This document shows, one piece after another, positions 1-10,714 of a stretch of 64,000 nucleotides of DNA. The notes below the pieces were generated by a model that was not told the origin of the DNA, ran no database searches, and saw only the letters and a list, made by a program, of their open reading frames with translations. Where the stretch lies: contig CAVWIH010000017.1 in NCBI GenBank assembly GCA_963755025.1, positions 1 through 64,000 on the forward strand, written 5' to 3'. The position numbers and the translations under genes are program-made. This DNA comes from an uncultured Actinomycetes bacterium (GTDB lineage: Bacteria; Actinomycetota; Thermoleophilia; UBA2241). The first letter of the stretch is position 1. Each line of letters begins with the position of its first letter.

Positions 1-98
1 GGTGCGCTCTGCGTGGTGCACGTAATCGGGGCTGCGGCCGCCCGGCGTGGACAGCCGCCGCTGGCCGACCCCGGGCTGACCGGCGCTTCGGCCACGGC

Positions 99-302
99 CT
101 ACGCCGCGTGGCTCAGACTGCTCTCGAGCTTGAGCGACTTACGGATCTCCTCACGGAGTTGTGGCGTGTCGGTCTCGCCGTGGACCGTCTGGGCGTGGAC
201 TACGGCGGCGTCGATAAGGTGCTCTTCGTTGTCGCTGCAGATCGTGAGGTCGCAGCCCACCTCGTTGGGGAAATCGCGACAGCCGACACACTGGCGTGCC
301 AT
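99..302 (-). CDS. Small predicted metal-binding protein (DUF1059-like)
   Basis: 67 aa with C-x-D...GC-x-x-T-I...EE-x-L...H-A-x-x-V-H-G pattern typical of DUF1059; GAGG RBS upstream. Confidence 0.75.
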   Translation of the reverse strand: MARQCVGCRDFPNEVGCDLTICSDNEEHLIDAAVVHAQTVHGETDTPQLREEIRKSLKLESSLSHAA

Positions 303-350
303 CGCTCTGCCCTCGTCGGTCGGGTGCAGGAGTGGTCGATTGTGTGAGAT

Positions 351-376
351 TCACCCTGCTCGGATAGGCGCAAACC
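351..376 (-). promoter_or_regulatory. SigB/SigF-type promoter candidate for the DUF1059-like gene
   Basis: Minus strand GGTTT-N15-GGGTGA, close to the actinobacterial SigB/SigF consensus GTTT-N15-17-GGGTA. Confidence 0.45.
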
Positions 377-480
377 TGTTGTTCGCCGCGCCGCCTCGCT
401 GCGACCAACGAGGGCTCGTCGGCCATCGATCGGGTAAGTGAGTGTCGTGTACATCGAACCGCAGAAGTGGGGGGCGGGTC

Positions 481-771
481 ATGAGTAAGAGCAGCGAGGA
501 GCTCACCTACGTGGCGATCGGCGGTAGCAACCTGCCGCATTCACACGCCGTCCTCATCGAGACCTCAAGGGGCTGGTACGTGGAGCTCGAGGACGTGCCC
601 ACCGACAGCTGCCCGTTTATCAGGGCGCACTGCGAGATCACCCTCGATACCTGGGAGGGAGACCGTTACGTCGGCACCGTCGAGGCCGGCTTCGCTACCG
701 ACAACGCCGGCTACGTGCTGCTGACGGGTGTCGGAGAGCTGCAGCGGACCGTCGCCGCTGACGTGCGCTAG
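481..771 (+). CDS. Hypothetical protein (96 aa)
   Basis: ATG at 481 after a G-rich RBS; globular, non-shadow composition; GGGTAA motif upstream. Confidence 0.55.
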   Translation: MSKSSEELTYVAIGGSNLPHSHAVLIETSRGWYVELEDVPTDSCPFIRAHCEITLDTWEGDRYVGTVEAGFATDNAGYVLLTGVGELQRTVAADVR

Positions 772-785
772 AGCAACCGGGGTGG

Positions 786-2007
786 CTACCGAAGCCGCAG
801 CGCGAGGATCTCGAGGTCATCGCGCAGCCGTCCTGCGTGACCTGCGGCGGCATCCCTGAGCCCCTCAGCGATCACCTGCGGGTGGCTCTCCCCTAAGCCC
901 GCTACGGCCGCAAGCACACCCTTCTCGCCGAACAGCTCAGAGGAGGAGCGGCGCCGCGCCTCACTGAGGCCATCCGGTGTAGAACACCAGACCCTCGTTT
1001 GTGCGCAGGTTCACATTGATGCCGCCATACTCGCCCCGCTGCAAACCGAGCGGCAGACCGAACGGCACCTCGATGTAGGTGCAGCGCGACTCACCAAGCA
1101 ACACGGGAGCCGGGTGGCCCGCACTCGCACAGCACACTTCGCCCGACCCCAGGTCGATCAGGCAAGACAGCGCGGTCACAAACGGAGCGTCACCTTCGCG
1201 GCGCACGAGCAACTCGTTGGCCTTGCTTAACACGAAGGCCGGCGAGGGGTCGAGCAGGGAGAAGGCTGACATGGCCGCGCGGACCGTCTCGGCCAGAACG
1301 GCTGCGCTTACTCCCCGGCCCCCGACGTCGCCGATCAGCACGCTGACGTGGGCATCGTCGAGGACAATGACATCACTGAAGTCGCCGCCCACGAAAGCTG
1401 GTTGCTCGGCCCCTTGCGCGACGCGGCCCAGTTCAAGCTGAGGCACGTGCGGCAGGGGATGGCGCAGGCTCTCTTGCAGGGTCGCGGCGATGGCCTGCTG
1501 CTGCTCGAAGACAAGCGCGTTCTCGAGGGCCGAGCGCACACCGGCGGCGACCTGCCCGACGAGCTCGACCTCGGCCGGCGCGAAGCAGCGCGGCGTGTCG
1601 TAGGACAGGAGCAGGCAACTGCCTGCCGCTCCGTCTGCCGACAGGGGGATCGCCAGCACGGTCGCTGCTGCGCCGCGTCGCAGGCTGTCCTCACCAAGCC
1701 GTTGCTGGTGGCCGTCTGTGGCCACAAGCCTGTGCTTGGCAATCGCGGCATCGGCGATCCGGGACCACTCGGGCCTGGCCGCCGGGATCGGCATGTTCCA
1801 CGCCGCGCTGACATGCCAGCGACCGTGGTCGTCGTCGACCATAAGGACGCCGGCCTCGCCGTCGAGCGCCCGCGCCGCCGCCTCAACGACTCCGGTCAAC
1901 GGGTTCCGCGAGAGCTGCCCAGAGGTGATGGCGGCGTACAGCGCGGCGAGGCGGCGATGCAGCTCGACCTCGCCACGCAGTTCGGCACAATCGGAAACGA
2001 GCGTCAT
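786..2007 (-). CDS. GAF + PP2C/SpoIIE (RsbU-like) Ser/Thr phosphatase; +1 frameshift near 976
   Basis: Motifs VGGDF, IGDVGGRG, SAGHP, LVFYT; removing one G at ~976 restores TDGLSEAR..ELFGE..LRDDLEILALR* with stop at 786-788. Confidence 0.85.
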
Positions 2008-2135
2008 CTCAGACCTCCTTCACGGCGCCCTTTGTGTTCGCGGCGGAAGCCAGCGGTCTGGGCATTCGGTGGTGAAGCCCGCGCGGCCGCTTGTGGTCGG
2101 GGCAGACCGCGCGGGCAACTGGAAACGGGGGTGGT

Positions 2136-2615
2136 CTACGCGGCCTTGTCCGACGAGACGGCGTGACCCTCGATGGTCCGCGGCTCGCCGGCGTGGACCT
2201 CGACTTGGATGCGCTTGGGCTTGACCTCTTCTGCCTTGGGGACGCGTACGGTGAGGATGCCGTCCTCAAAGGAGGCCTCGATGCGATCGGCAAGGACACC
2301 GGTCGGCAGGGCGATGCTGCGCTCAAAGGCGCCGGTCGGACGCTCCACCCGGTAGAAGCGCTCCTCGTCTGGCCGGTGGTCTGACTTGCGCTCGCCGCGG
2401 ATGGTCAGCACGTTCTCGTCGAGTTCGACCGCGACGTCTGCGGGCGTCACGCCGGGGAGGTCGGCCTTGAGGACGACCTCTTCCTTGCCGTCGTAGACGT
2501 CGACCGAGGGCAGCCAACTGGAGCGGCGCTCACCGAGAAAGGAGCCGAAGGCCCGGTTGAGCTGATCTTGGACGTTCATCATCTCGCGGAAGGGATCCCA
2601 ACGAACGACTGGCAT
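2136..2615 (-). CDS. Hsp20/alpha-crystallin small heat shock protein
   Basis: WDPFRE start, ADLPGV, ERPTGAFERSIALP, ASFEDGILTVRVPK; AGGAGG RBS. Confidence 0.95.
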   Translation of the reverse strand: MPVVRWDPFREMMNVQDQLNRAFGSFLGERRSSWLPSVDVYDGKEEVVLKADLPGVTPADVAVELDENVLTIRGERKSDHRPDEERFYRVERPTGAFERSIALPTGVLADRIEASFEDGILTVRVPKAEEVKPKRIQVEVHAGEPRTIEGHAVSSDKAA

Positions 2616-2757
2616 GGCCGTCTACCTCCTTTCGCGGTCGGCGCATACCGACACGCTACTGGCGATGGAGGCGACGGCCTGCTCTTCGCCCCAGCCGCCG
2701 CTCCCACCGCGGTTGAAGAAAAGGGAACCCAAAGCGGGCTCCTGCGTCGGCGAGATA

Positions 2758-2783
2758 GTGCCCGCCGGGGCGGGCGGCAAAAC
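2758..2783 (-). promoter_or_regulatory. SigB/SigF-type promoter candidate for hsp20
   Basis: Minus strand GTTT-N16-GGGCAC. Confidence 0.35.
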
Positions 2784-2954
2784 GCACCCCTTTGGGCCGA
2801 GATCATCGGCCACGCCATCGTCTCAACCGCGCTGGGCACCTGCTCCGCACTTCATGCATGGCGACGTTGGCCGGGCGGCGAGATCGTTCGAGCGGTCGTA
2901 CAATTGCAAACCAGACAGGCGGCGCCCGCGGCCCCGTCGCCAAGAGGCATCAAG

Positions 2955-4902
2955 ATGTGGCAGACCAAGCTGAAACAGTACCCCGTCGCTGGCACGAGCA
3001 GGGTGCACGGCCGCCGGCCGGTGCGCCTGCCGTCGGCGGCGGCGCGCGTGGCCATCCTCGGCGGTGTCGGCGTGGTGCTGTTCGGTGTGCTCATCTTTCG
3101 CCTCTGGTTCTTGCAGATCCTGAACCCGCAGACCTATCTGGCCCAGGCCCAGAACAACAGCGAGCGCACGATCGAGGTCATCGCCCCACGCGGCACGGTG
3201 GTAGATCGCAACGGCACCGTGCTCGTCGACAACGGGCCGAGTCTCTCCATCGGCATCCGCCCGATGGACGTGCCCCAAGGTCGGCTCACCCCGCTTGCCG
3301 ATCGCTTGGCGCCCCTGCTGCACGTACCGGCCAAGACGATGCTGGCGGAGGTTGCCCGGCAATCCTGGCTGCCCTACGACCTCGTGGTTGTCAGGCGCAA
3401 CGCCTCACGGCCGCTGGTCTTCTATCTCCTGGAGCACAAACAGTTCTTCCCGGGCGTAGAGGTCCAGCAAAGCTACGAGCGCGCCTATCCTTTGGGCGAT
3501 CTTGCGGCGCCCCTGCTCGGCTACCTGGGGCCCATCGATCCTCAGGAGCTCAAGGAACCGCAGTACAAGGGCTATCTGCCCGAAGATGAGGTCGGCCAGA
3601 GCGGCGTCGAAGCCACTTATAACCGGTGGCTGCAAGGCACCGACGGCACCCAGCTCGTCCAGGTCAATGCCCTCGGTGAGCCCCAGGGCGTGCTGCCGGG
3701 CGGCAGCCTCCCCGAGCCCGGTGACAGCCTCGTACTGACGCTCGACGCCCGCATTCAACGGGCGGCAGAGCAGGCCATCCGGTTCGGCATCGCCTCGGCC
3801 CACGCCAACGGCTACACGCAGGCCGACGCCGGTGCGGCGGTCGTCCTGGATGCCCACAGCGGCGCCGTGGTGGCGATGGCAAGCTCCCCGACCTACGACC
3901 CCTCATGGTTTTCCGGCGGCATCAGCGCCAAGCATTACGCGCAGCTGTTGAGCCCCCAAGCCGACGATCCTCTGCTCAACCGGGCGATCGCGGGCGAATA
4001 CCCGACCGGGTCGACGTTCAAGGCCGTGGACACGATCGCCGGTCTGGAGACCGGCGTCCTCAGCCCAACGACCACGCTCTACGCCGGTCCCACCTACACC
4101 AACCACGGCCTGCTCTGGCACGACTGGAACCCCAACGGCCACGGCACAATCGACCTGACCCAGGCCCTAGTGCAGTCGGCCGACACCTACTTCTATCAGG
4201 TGGGCTACGACTTCTACCTGCGCCAGGGCACCGAGCTCGAGCACTGGGCGCAGCGGCTGGGCTTCGGGCATCCTACCGGCCTCGACATCCCCGGCGAGGC
4301 CGCCGGCGTCGTGCCGACGCCGGCCTGGCTGCGTCAGATCTACACGGCAAAAGGCCGACCCCGGCGGTTGGCGGGTCGACAGCATCTGGAAGCCGGGCAA
4401 CTCGATCAACCTGGCGATCGGCCAGGGCGACCTGCTCGCCACCCCGCTACAGGTGGCGGTCTGCTACGCGGCGATTGCCAACGGCGGCTATCTGGTGACT
4501 CCCCATCTCGGCCTGCGCATCGACTCATCGCAGGGCGCTGCGCTGCAGAACCTGCCCTTCCGCGCTCCTTACCGCCTGGGGATCTCGCCGGCCTACCTCG
4601 CCTTTCTGCGCAACGCCCTGCGCGAGGCCGCCTCGACACCGAGCGGCACCTCCTATGATGTGTTCGGTGACTACCCGGTGGCAGTGGCTGGCAAGACCGG
4701 CACCGCCCAGGTGTTCGGCAAGGGCGACTACTCGTGGTACGCGAGCTTCGCCCCGGCCAACGACCCCGAATACGTGGTGGTAACGATGATCGAGCGCGGC
4801 GGCGAGGGCGCCGATGCCGCTGCGCCCGCCGCACGCCTCATCTACAACGCGCTCTTCAACGTGAGGGGCACGGTCGTTGGCAGCGTGGGGCGTGGCGACT
4901 GA
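2955..4902 (+). CDS. mrdA: Penicillin-binding protein 2 (class B, MrdA-like); +1 frameshift in A-run 4349-4352
   Basis: N-terminal TM then RLWFLQI, APRG-x-x-x-DRNG, SxxK (GSTFK), SxD, KTGT; ORFs 2568-4658 and 4453-4902 join if one A is removed (WKPGNSINLAIGQG). Confidence 0.9.
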
Positions 4903-5079
4903 TACCCATGCAGCCGGGGCGCTGGCGTCGGCCATGCATCAGCGACAGCGTCTCATGCCGGACGAGTTCACAGCTTTATCTCAGGAAATGCTCAGCTCAC
5001 TCCTAACCTTCTCGGTAGACTTTTGGCCGCCGTTGCGAAGGTGGTCGTCCTCTATTGAGGGCAACAAGGAGGTAACGCC

Positions 5080-6282
5080 ATGCGAGTTCTCAGATCGCGC
5101 GTCGGGCTCTTTCTCTGCGGTGTTACAACCGTGCTCCTCGTCCTGTTGATCCTCGTCGTTGTCGGCGTGCTGCCCGTGAAGAGCGACAAGACGGTGATCG
5201 TCAGACAGGAGGCGGGTGCCTCGATGACGGCGCTGCAAAGCGACGCTCTGACCCCCCAGCAGATCTACCAGCGTTCTGCTCGCGGCGTGGTAGAGATCGA
5301 GGCTACCTTCACGACCAGCGCGAGCGAGGGTTCGTTTCCTTTCTCGATCCCCCTCGGTCCGCAGACCGAACAGGCTCTGGGTTCCGGCTTTGTCGTCTCC
5401 AAGGACGGCTACGTCCTGACCAACGCTCACGTGGTGAGCAGCGACGGCCAGACGGCAAAGACCGTCAAGGTGGTCTTCAAGGGCCCCGGCTCTCAGACAA
5501 AGCAGGTCACCGGTACGGTAGTGGGGGCCGACAACACAAGCGACGTGGCGCTCATCAAGGTCGACCCCAGCAAGATCGGTACGCTGGACGTGCTCCCGCT
5601 GGGCAGTTCGACGGCCGTCCAGCCGGGCGAACCGGTGGTGGCCATCGGCAACCCTTTGGGTTACGACTTCTCGATAACCTCGGGCATCGTCTCGGCCACG
5701 AACCGCGACCTGCAGTCGCCCAACGGGGCGACCATCTCCAACGGCATCCAGACCGACGCGGCCATCAACGAGGGCAACTCCGGCGGCCCGCTGATCGACT
5801 CCACGGGTCATGTGATCGGCATCAACGAGCAGATCGCCACGCAGTCGGGCGGCAACGAGGGCCTCGGGTTTGCCGTGCCCATCGATAGCGCGGTCGGCAT
5901 CATGGACCAGCTCAAGAAGAGCGGGTCGGTGACCTACGCCTGGCTGGGGATCTCGGGCCAGACACTCACCTCCGACGTCGCCCAGGCGCTGGGCCTCAAG
6001 ACGACGCAGGGTGTGCTTGTGGCGCGTGTGCTGGCCCACACACCGGCCGCCAAGGCTGGCCTCAGGGGCGGCACCGCGCAGCTGTCGTTGCAGGGCCAGA
6101 CCTACGAGGTCGGGGGCGACATCATCACGGCCGTCAACGGCACCAAGGTGACCAGCATGGCGCAGCTCGCGACCATCATTGCCGCGCGCAAGCCCGGAGA
6201 CGTCGTTACCCTGACGATCGTCAGGGACTCCGAGATCAAGAGTCTCAAGGTGACGCTGGCCGCGCGACCTAGCTCTGTCTGA
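5080..6282 (+). CDS. HtrA/DegP-family serine protease with PDZ domain
   Basis: N-terminal TM, GSGF, LTNAHVV, DVAL, IQTDAAINEGNSGGPL, C-terminal PDZ. Confidence 0.95.
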   Translation: MRVLRSRVGLFLCGVTTVLLVLLILVVVGVLPVKSDKTVIVRQEAGASMTALQSDALTPQQIYQRSARGVVEIEATFTTSASEGSFPFSIPLGPQTEQALGSGFVVSKDGYVLTNAHVVSSDGQTAKTVKVVFKGPGSQTKQVTGTVVGADNTSDVALIKVDPSKIGTLDVLPLGSSTAVQPGEPVVAIGNPLGYDFSITSGIVSATNRDLQSPNGATISNGIQTDAAINEGNSGGPLIDSTGHVIGINEQIATQSGGNEGLGFAVPIDSAVGIMDQLKKSGSVTYAWLGISGQTLTSDVAQALGLKTTQGVLVARVLAHTPAAKAGLRGGTAQLSLQGQTYEVGGDIITAVNGTKVTSMAQLATIIAARKPGDVVTLTIVRDSEIKSLKVTLAARPSSV

Positions 6283-6419
6283 GAAGCACCCTCCAGTCCA
6301 TGGGGGCGAAGGCGAACCGGAACAGCACCGGCGTCTGGGCCGTGCGGCCGAGCAGCAGGAGGCCACGAATACTAGGTCCGCGCTCCACGCCTCCTCCTCC
6401 GTGTCGCCGGGATGGGTGC

Positions 6420-6590
6420 GCATCGCTTGCGGCCGCGGCCCTCAGTCGCTCAGCGATCACCTGTGGGCGTGCTCTCGCAGCCGCTTCGCGGCCTCAAGCA
6501 CACTCCTCTCGCCGAACAGCTCGGAGGAGAAGTGGCGCTGTGCCTCAACTACGCCATCGGTGAAGAGCGCCGGACCCTCGTCTGTGCGCA
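6420..6590 (-). pseudogene. Degenerate C-terminal fragment of a PP2C/SpoIIE phosphatase, paralogous to 786-1010
   Basis: Reads LRTDEGPALFTDGVVEAQRHFSSELFGERSVL..VIAERLR; DNA visibly similar to 860-1008; no N-terminal part. Confidence 0.7.
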
Positions 6591-6720
6591 GAGATAAGCG
6601 CGTTCACCGTGTGTGCGTCCATGCGCAGTGCATTTGAGCGAAACACAGGCCAGCGTCGTGCGCGATATCAGTGAGCGTAGGCATGCCGAGGAGGATGAGG
6701 CGTTGGACGAGCCGCGCTTC

Positions 6721-7151
6721 CTAGGCGGCGTGACCCTGCGGCGAGGGCTCTGGCGCCAGGCCCTTGTGCAGTCTCGCCTCGGTGCCATCCTCGATGCAAA
6801 ACTCAACGTCGTCCATCAGGGCGCACAGCAAAAAGAGGCCGCGTCTCGACTCGCTCGAGGTGGCGGCGGCAGGTCGCTGACGCGCCCAAGATCAAGACCG
6901 ACGCCGTGGTCGCGAACGGTGACCAGTGCGTCGCTTGGGCCGACGTACACCGAGATCTGGACCCCGCAGGGACCGGGGGCGAAGCGCAGGGCGTTCTTGG
7001 CGGCTTCCTGGACGCAGGTCAGCAGGTCGTAGGTCACCTGTGCAGGCAGCGAGTAGCGCTGCAGGTAGAGGTCGAGGCCGTGGCGCGCCGCGCAAAGCTG
7101 CGCGACGTCGTGGATCTCGATCGTCTGTGGTGCCGCCTTCACGCCCAACAT
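6721..7151 (-). CDS. RsbW-like anti-sigma factor / HATPase_c kinase; frameshift near 6860
   Basis: EAAKNALRFA N-box, VTVRDHGVG G1-box; after the shift SESRRGLFLLCALMDDVEF..GTEARLHK ending TAG at 6721. Confidence 0.75.
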
Positions 7152-7371
7152 CCGCTGGATCACCGACTCAAGCACATCTATTCGGCAAGACGGCGGTTCC
7201 TTTTGCTGGTTGCACCGCCCAGCGTCACAGAACGAGGTCGCACGAGCCGTGCCGCAGTGGATACGGCGCTGACTACTTGCTTTCATCCGGGCAGGGCGTA
7301 GGCTAGACGCCCGCTCACGTCACCCACGCGAGTCCGGGAGGCAGCTCTGGCAACTGTCAGGAGGCGCTCCG

Positions 7372-7665
7372 ATGGCTCAGCTTCTCAGCTTCTCGCAAGT
7401 TCGCGAATTCCCGCTGTTTGCTTGGCACCCGCAGGGCTACCTGCTCATCGGCGGCGAGCTGTTTCGCGCCGTAAGGATGGAACCGCCGGCCAGCGTTGGC
7501 TATCAGGGTGTGCTCGCCGTGAGGCGTTCGAGTCTGCGTGAGGGCGATCACACCCTCGACTTTGGCTGGCAGCACGCCGACGGCTGTGGCTGTGACCTGT
7601 GCAGGGCCGAGGTCGATGCCAGCCACCCCGGCGTGCCGTTCGAATCTGCGGGAGTAAGGGCCTGA
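7372..7665 (+). CDS. Hypothetical protein (97 aa) with H-x-x-G-C-G-C-x-x-C motif
   Basis: AGGAGG RBS just upstream of ATG; plausible composition. Confidence 0.65.
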   Translation: MAQLLSFSQVREFPLFAWHPQGYLLIGGELFRAVRMEPPASVGYQGVLAVRRSSLREGDHTLDFGWQHADGCGCDLCRAEVDASHPGVPFESAGVRA

Positions 7666-7876
7666 CCTATGAAGCGGGCAAATCCGGGACGCTACTCTTG
7701 GCGCGATTGCGTCCTCTGCTCGTTGACGACCTCCCGATTGCCGACGCGATGCCGACGAGACGCACTGTCACGGGCGATGACTGGTCAAACACGCCCGAGC
7801 ACCGAGGCCGTCGAGAAACCCGGACTGTGCGGCACAATCGAGTCTAGGTGAGCATCAGTAGGCACCGCTTAGTCAT

Positions 7877-7935
7877 GACTCAAAATCCGGTGCCACGCGA
7901 GTGGCGTGGGGGTTCAATTCCCCCCTCCGGCACCA
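7877..7935 (+). tRNA. 3' fragment of tRNA-Leu(CAA); probable att site of an integrative element
   Basis: GACTCAAAATC anticodon arm, long variable arm GCCAC-GCGA-GTGGC, T arm GGGGGTTCAATTCCCCC, acceptor 3' strand CTCCGGC-A-CCA; 5' acceptor strand and D arm absent upstream. Confidence 0.85.
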
Positions 7936-8000
7936 GAAGTACCATGCCGGATGACTGCTATCGTGGTGGCCCCTGTGTGCCAATGTACGAGCAGGCTCTC

Positions 8001-8492
8001 TCACGGCAGCGTCACCGTCCCCGAGGCGATCCGGTCCTTGGCTGGGCCGTCCTTTGCGCTGGCCGTGTAGTGGATGCCTACAAGGTCGTACACCGCGTAG
8101 GTGTATGTGCCGGCCGGCAAAGGAAGACTCGTCGAGACGCTCTGGCCCCCTCCCTGGTCGCCGTCTCGGAAAGACGCGAAACCGTGGAGGACCAGCTTGC
8201 CCTGTGCGTTCCTGAGCGTCGCCCACACCGTATGTTTGCCTGAGCGATCGTCGGCCAGGATGGCCTTCACGCCGTTGCCGCTCTGCTCGAACTGGTAGGT
8301 CAGCGCGCCAGTATTGCGATGGTGGCCCACAAGAACGATGACGACCACGACAGCGATCACGGCGAGCGTGATCCAGCCGATCCGCCTTCGCGCGCGTCGG
8401 CGCCCGGCATACTCCTCGGCGGCCCGACGCTCGTGGTCCTCGTCGCCGGGCCGCGGCAGCTGGCTGGGGTCCGGTTGCCCGTACCCGATCAT
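8001..8492 (-). CDS. Hypothetical single-TM membrane protein
   Basis: Arg-rich stretch then hydrophobic helix, beta-rich extracellular part; GAGGGG RBS. Confidence 0.7.
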   Translation of the reverse strand: MIGYGQPDPSQLPRPGDEDHERRAAEEYAGRRRARRRIGWITLAVIAVVVVIVLVGHHRNTGALTYQFEQSGNGVKAILADDRSGKHTVWATLRNAQGKLVLHGFASFRDGDQGGGQSVSTSLPLPAGTYTYAVYDLVGIHYTASAKDGPAKDRIASGTVTLP

Positions 8493-8749
8493 CGGCTGTT
8501 CCCCTCGAACGACTGCTTGCGGCTCGTGTCCCGTCTCGCAGCCATACTACATCCCTCGGTGGAGCCGCCGGTCAAGCGCACCTCGGCCTTGACCGCCGCC
8601 GTCACGGCGTCTTCCGCTATGCTGGTCGTACATCTTCGAATGGCGCTTGGGGGGATGAACGTTGTGGTCGTAGGGCGCAAGCGCGTCGATCGCGCCGCGG
8701 TCGTGGTCGGACGCCCCTTGGCTGGCCCGGGACCAGGTGGCGGTGATGA

Positions 8750-8878
8750 ATGGTAGACGGATTCGTATGGGGCCTTGTCATGGTGGCCTTCGTTGCGGCA
8801 CTGGTCGTCAGAGGAGCAGTGGTGTGGCGCGGCGTCCAGCAGCTGACGTTGCAGATCAGGGCGTTCTTTCGCCGATGA
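8750..8878 (+). CDS. Small hydrophobic protein (42 aa), below the ORF-track cutoff
   Basis: MVDGFVWGLVMVAFVAALVVRGAVVWRGVQQLTLQIRAFFRR*; TM helix plus basic tail; AGGTGG upstream. Confidence 0.45.
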   Translation: MVDGFVWGLVMVAFVAALVVRGAVVWRGVQQLTLQIRAFFRR

Positions 8879-9040
8879 GTCGGACCTGCGGGTGGGCGCC
8901 ACCCGAAGGCCGGGGTCTCGCTCGCTGCGCTTCCGGCCGTGGGGCCGTGAGTCCTGGCCATCACAGAGAGAGCGGATCGGCCGGCGCTCATGGTCGGTCG
9001 TCTGTCGCGCTGCCGATCCCATGCGGGGGTGGAAGAGATC

Positions 9041-9313
9041 ATGCTCACGCGACGCCCTTCTGACGGCGGGAGATACGCTCCCTTGGGGCAGTACCTGGCA
9101 AACGCCAAGGGAGAGACCGCGACGCTGTCGTTCGGCCGGATCGAGAGCATTCTGGGCGCTGCCCTGCCTAAGTCGGCCGCTACGCATCGGGCCTGGTGGG
9201 CGAACGAGAATCTTGGCGGCAACGTGCAGGCCAAGGCCTGGATGAGCGTCGGCTGGCGCGTGACCGGGGTGAACCTCGGGCGATCCTCGGTCACGTTCTC
9301 AAAGCAATCCTGA
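9041..9313 (+). CDS. DUF7662-like small (predicted wHTH) protein
   Basis: Y-x-PL-x-x-YL...LSF-x-x-IE-x-ILG-x-x-LP-x-SA...WWAN...AW-x-x-x-GW..V-x-F pattern. Confidence 0.75.
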   Translation: MLTRRPSDGGRYAPLGQYLANAKGETATLSFGRIESILGAALPKSAATHRAWWANENLGGNVQAKAWMSVGWRVTGVNLGRSSVTFSKQS

Positions 9314-9447
9314 CGGCCGATCGCGCCTTTCACCCGGGGCCATGAGGAGCACGGCCGACATCCGGGCAAGCGGCGTGGACGACTTGAGTGCCAGGGGTTG
9401 ACGCAGGCGGTCGGGGCCGAGCTTCTACGAGCATTCCGGGAGTCGCG

Positions 9448-10714
9448 TCACAGCATTGCAGCGGGACGCGACCTGCGGGCCGAGACGCGGCCGGCAAGGG
9501 GCCCTGTCGCGAGTCCGGCGGCGGTCTTCTCCGCGAAGGGCGCGACCGCATAGACCTCGCCTGTGGCCGAGCGAAGGCGCAGTTCCACGTCTGCCGGTCC
9601 GCTTTCCGCCGCGACTACAGCTACGGCGGCCTCGGCCAGTGCCGCGGTCGCGGCGGCGACCGGGTCCTGCTTTGCCGACTTCGAGGCGTTGATCACCTGT
9701 GCGACCGACGCCCGCGTGTAGAAGCCCAACACGGCGATGCTGCCCGCGAAGGCGACCCACCCGACCCAGGTCGGCACGCCGCCTCGCCTGAGCAGTTCGA
9801 CCACCGTCAGGAGCTCCCCTATCACTGCCCGGAGGACGATCGCGCCCGCGAGAAAGAGTTCGACCGTGGTGTCGTCGCCGGCCTTCGGAGAGCACAAGGT
9901 GAACACGAGCGGAGCGACCACGAGCAGGAAGGCAAAGACGAGGCTGAAGCCGACGAACGTACCGGTCGACAGGCCCGGCATGACGTCGGCGAGAAAGCCC
10001 GACGCCGCGAGGACCGTGCCGAGGATCGCCCCCAGGGCCGTCAGGTTCGAGGCCCAGCTGTCGCGGAACGACCAGGTCGGGCCTTCGCTCAGGGTGGGGA
10101 TCAGCTGGGGATGCCATTTCCAGACAGTGAGCAGCACGCTCAAGGTCAGAAGGACCGCGATTACCGCCGCGACCAGGAGCACCGTGACGAAGACGCTGGC
10201 GGGCACGTTCTCCGCCACCTGGAACGGCACCGTGACGGCCTGGTTTGCGCCAGATGTGTCTGTGACCACGAGGTAACCGGCAGCCTTGTCGGTCTTGTTC
10301 CACTCGAAGGAGACGGCGATCGGGACGGATTGATCGGGGCCGACAGTGACGGCGGGCGGTGAGGCGCCGGCAGACGGTAAAACGCCGGGTGACGGTGAAG
10401 CGCCGGGGGACGGTGAGGCGCCGGCAACCGCGACGCGAAGGAGAGCGCGACCGGAGTGCCGTCGGAGTAATACCCGTGAACCTCGACGGTCGCCGGGTCG
10501 GCGCCCGGGTTAGCAACGAGGATCGACCCGTTCGCTTGACCTGGCGTCGACCGAGTCGCCCGGAAGCTCGCTTTCTCGACCCGCATCGAGACAGAAGTCT
10601 GAGCCACTGTAAGGGCGTCGTGGCTGTTGCGCCGACGGGAGCCGGCGAAGTCAACGCAAGCAGCGACACCGCCGCAACGCTGACGATGCCGCCTACATTC
10701 CGGAGACCCGGCAT
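9448..10714 (-). CDS. Hypothetical secreted-domain + multi-TM membrane protein; two apparent frameshifts (~10610, ~10430)
   Basis: Signal peptide in ORF 9425-10714, beta-rich segment in ORF 10161-10751, Ser/Pro linker and about 6 TM helices in ORF 9448-10269. Confidence 0.55.

Noticed and set aside
4340-4360. Programmed ribosomal frameshift in PBP2
   Set aside because: No canonical slippery heptamer; one of many similar homopolymer indels in the window
7860-7935. Intact tRNA-Leu gene
   Set aside because: No GCCGGAG 5' acceptor strand or D arm upstream, and the anticodon stem is only partly paired; treated as an att fragment
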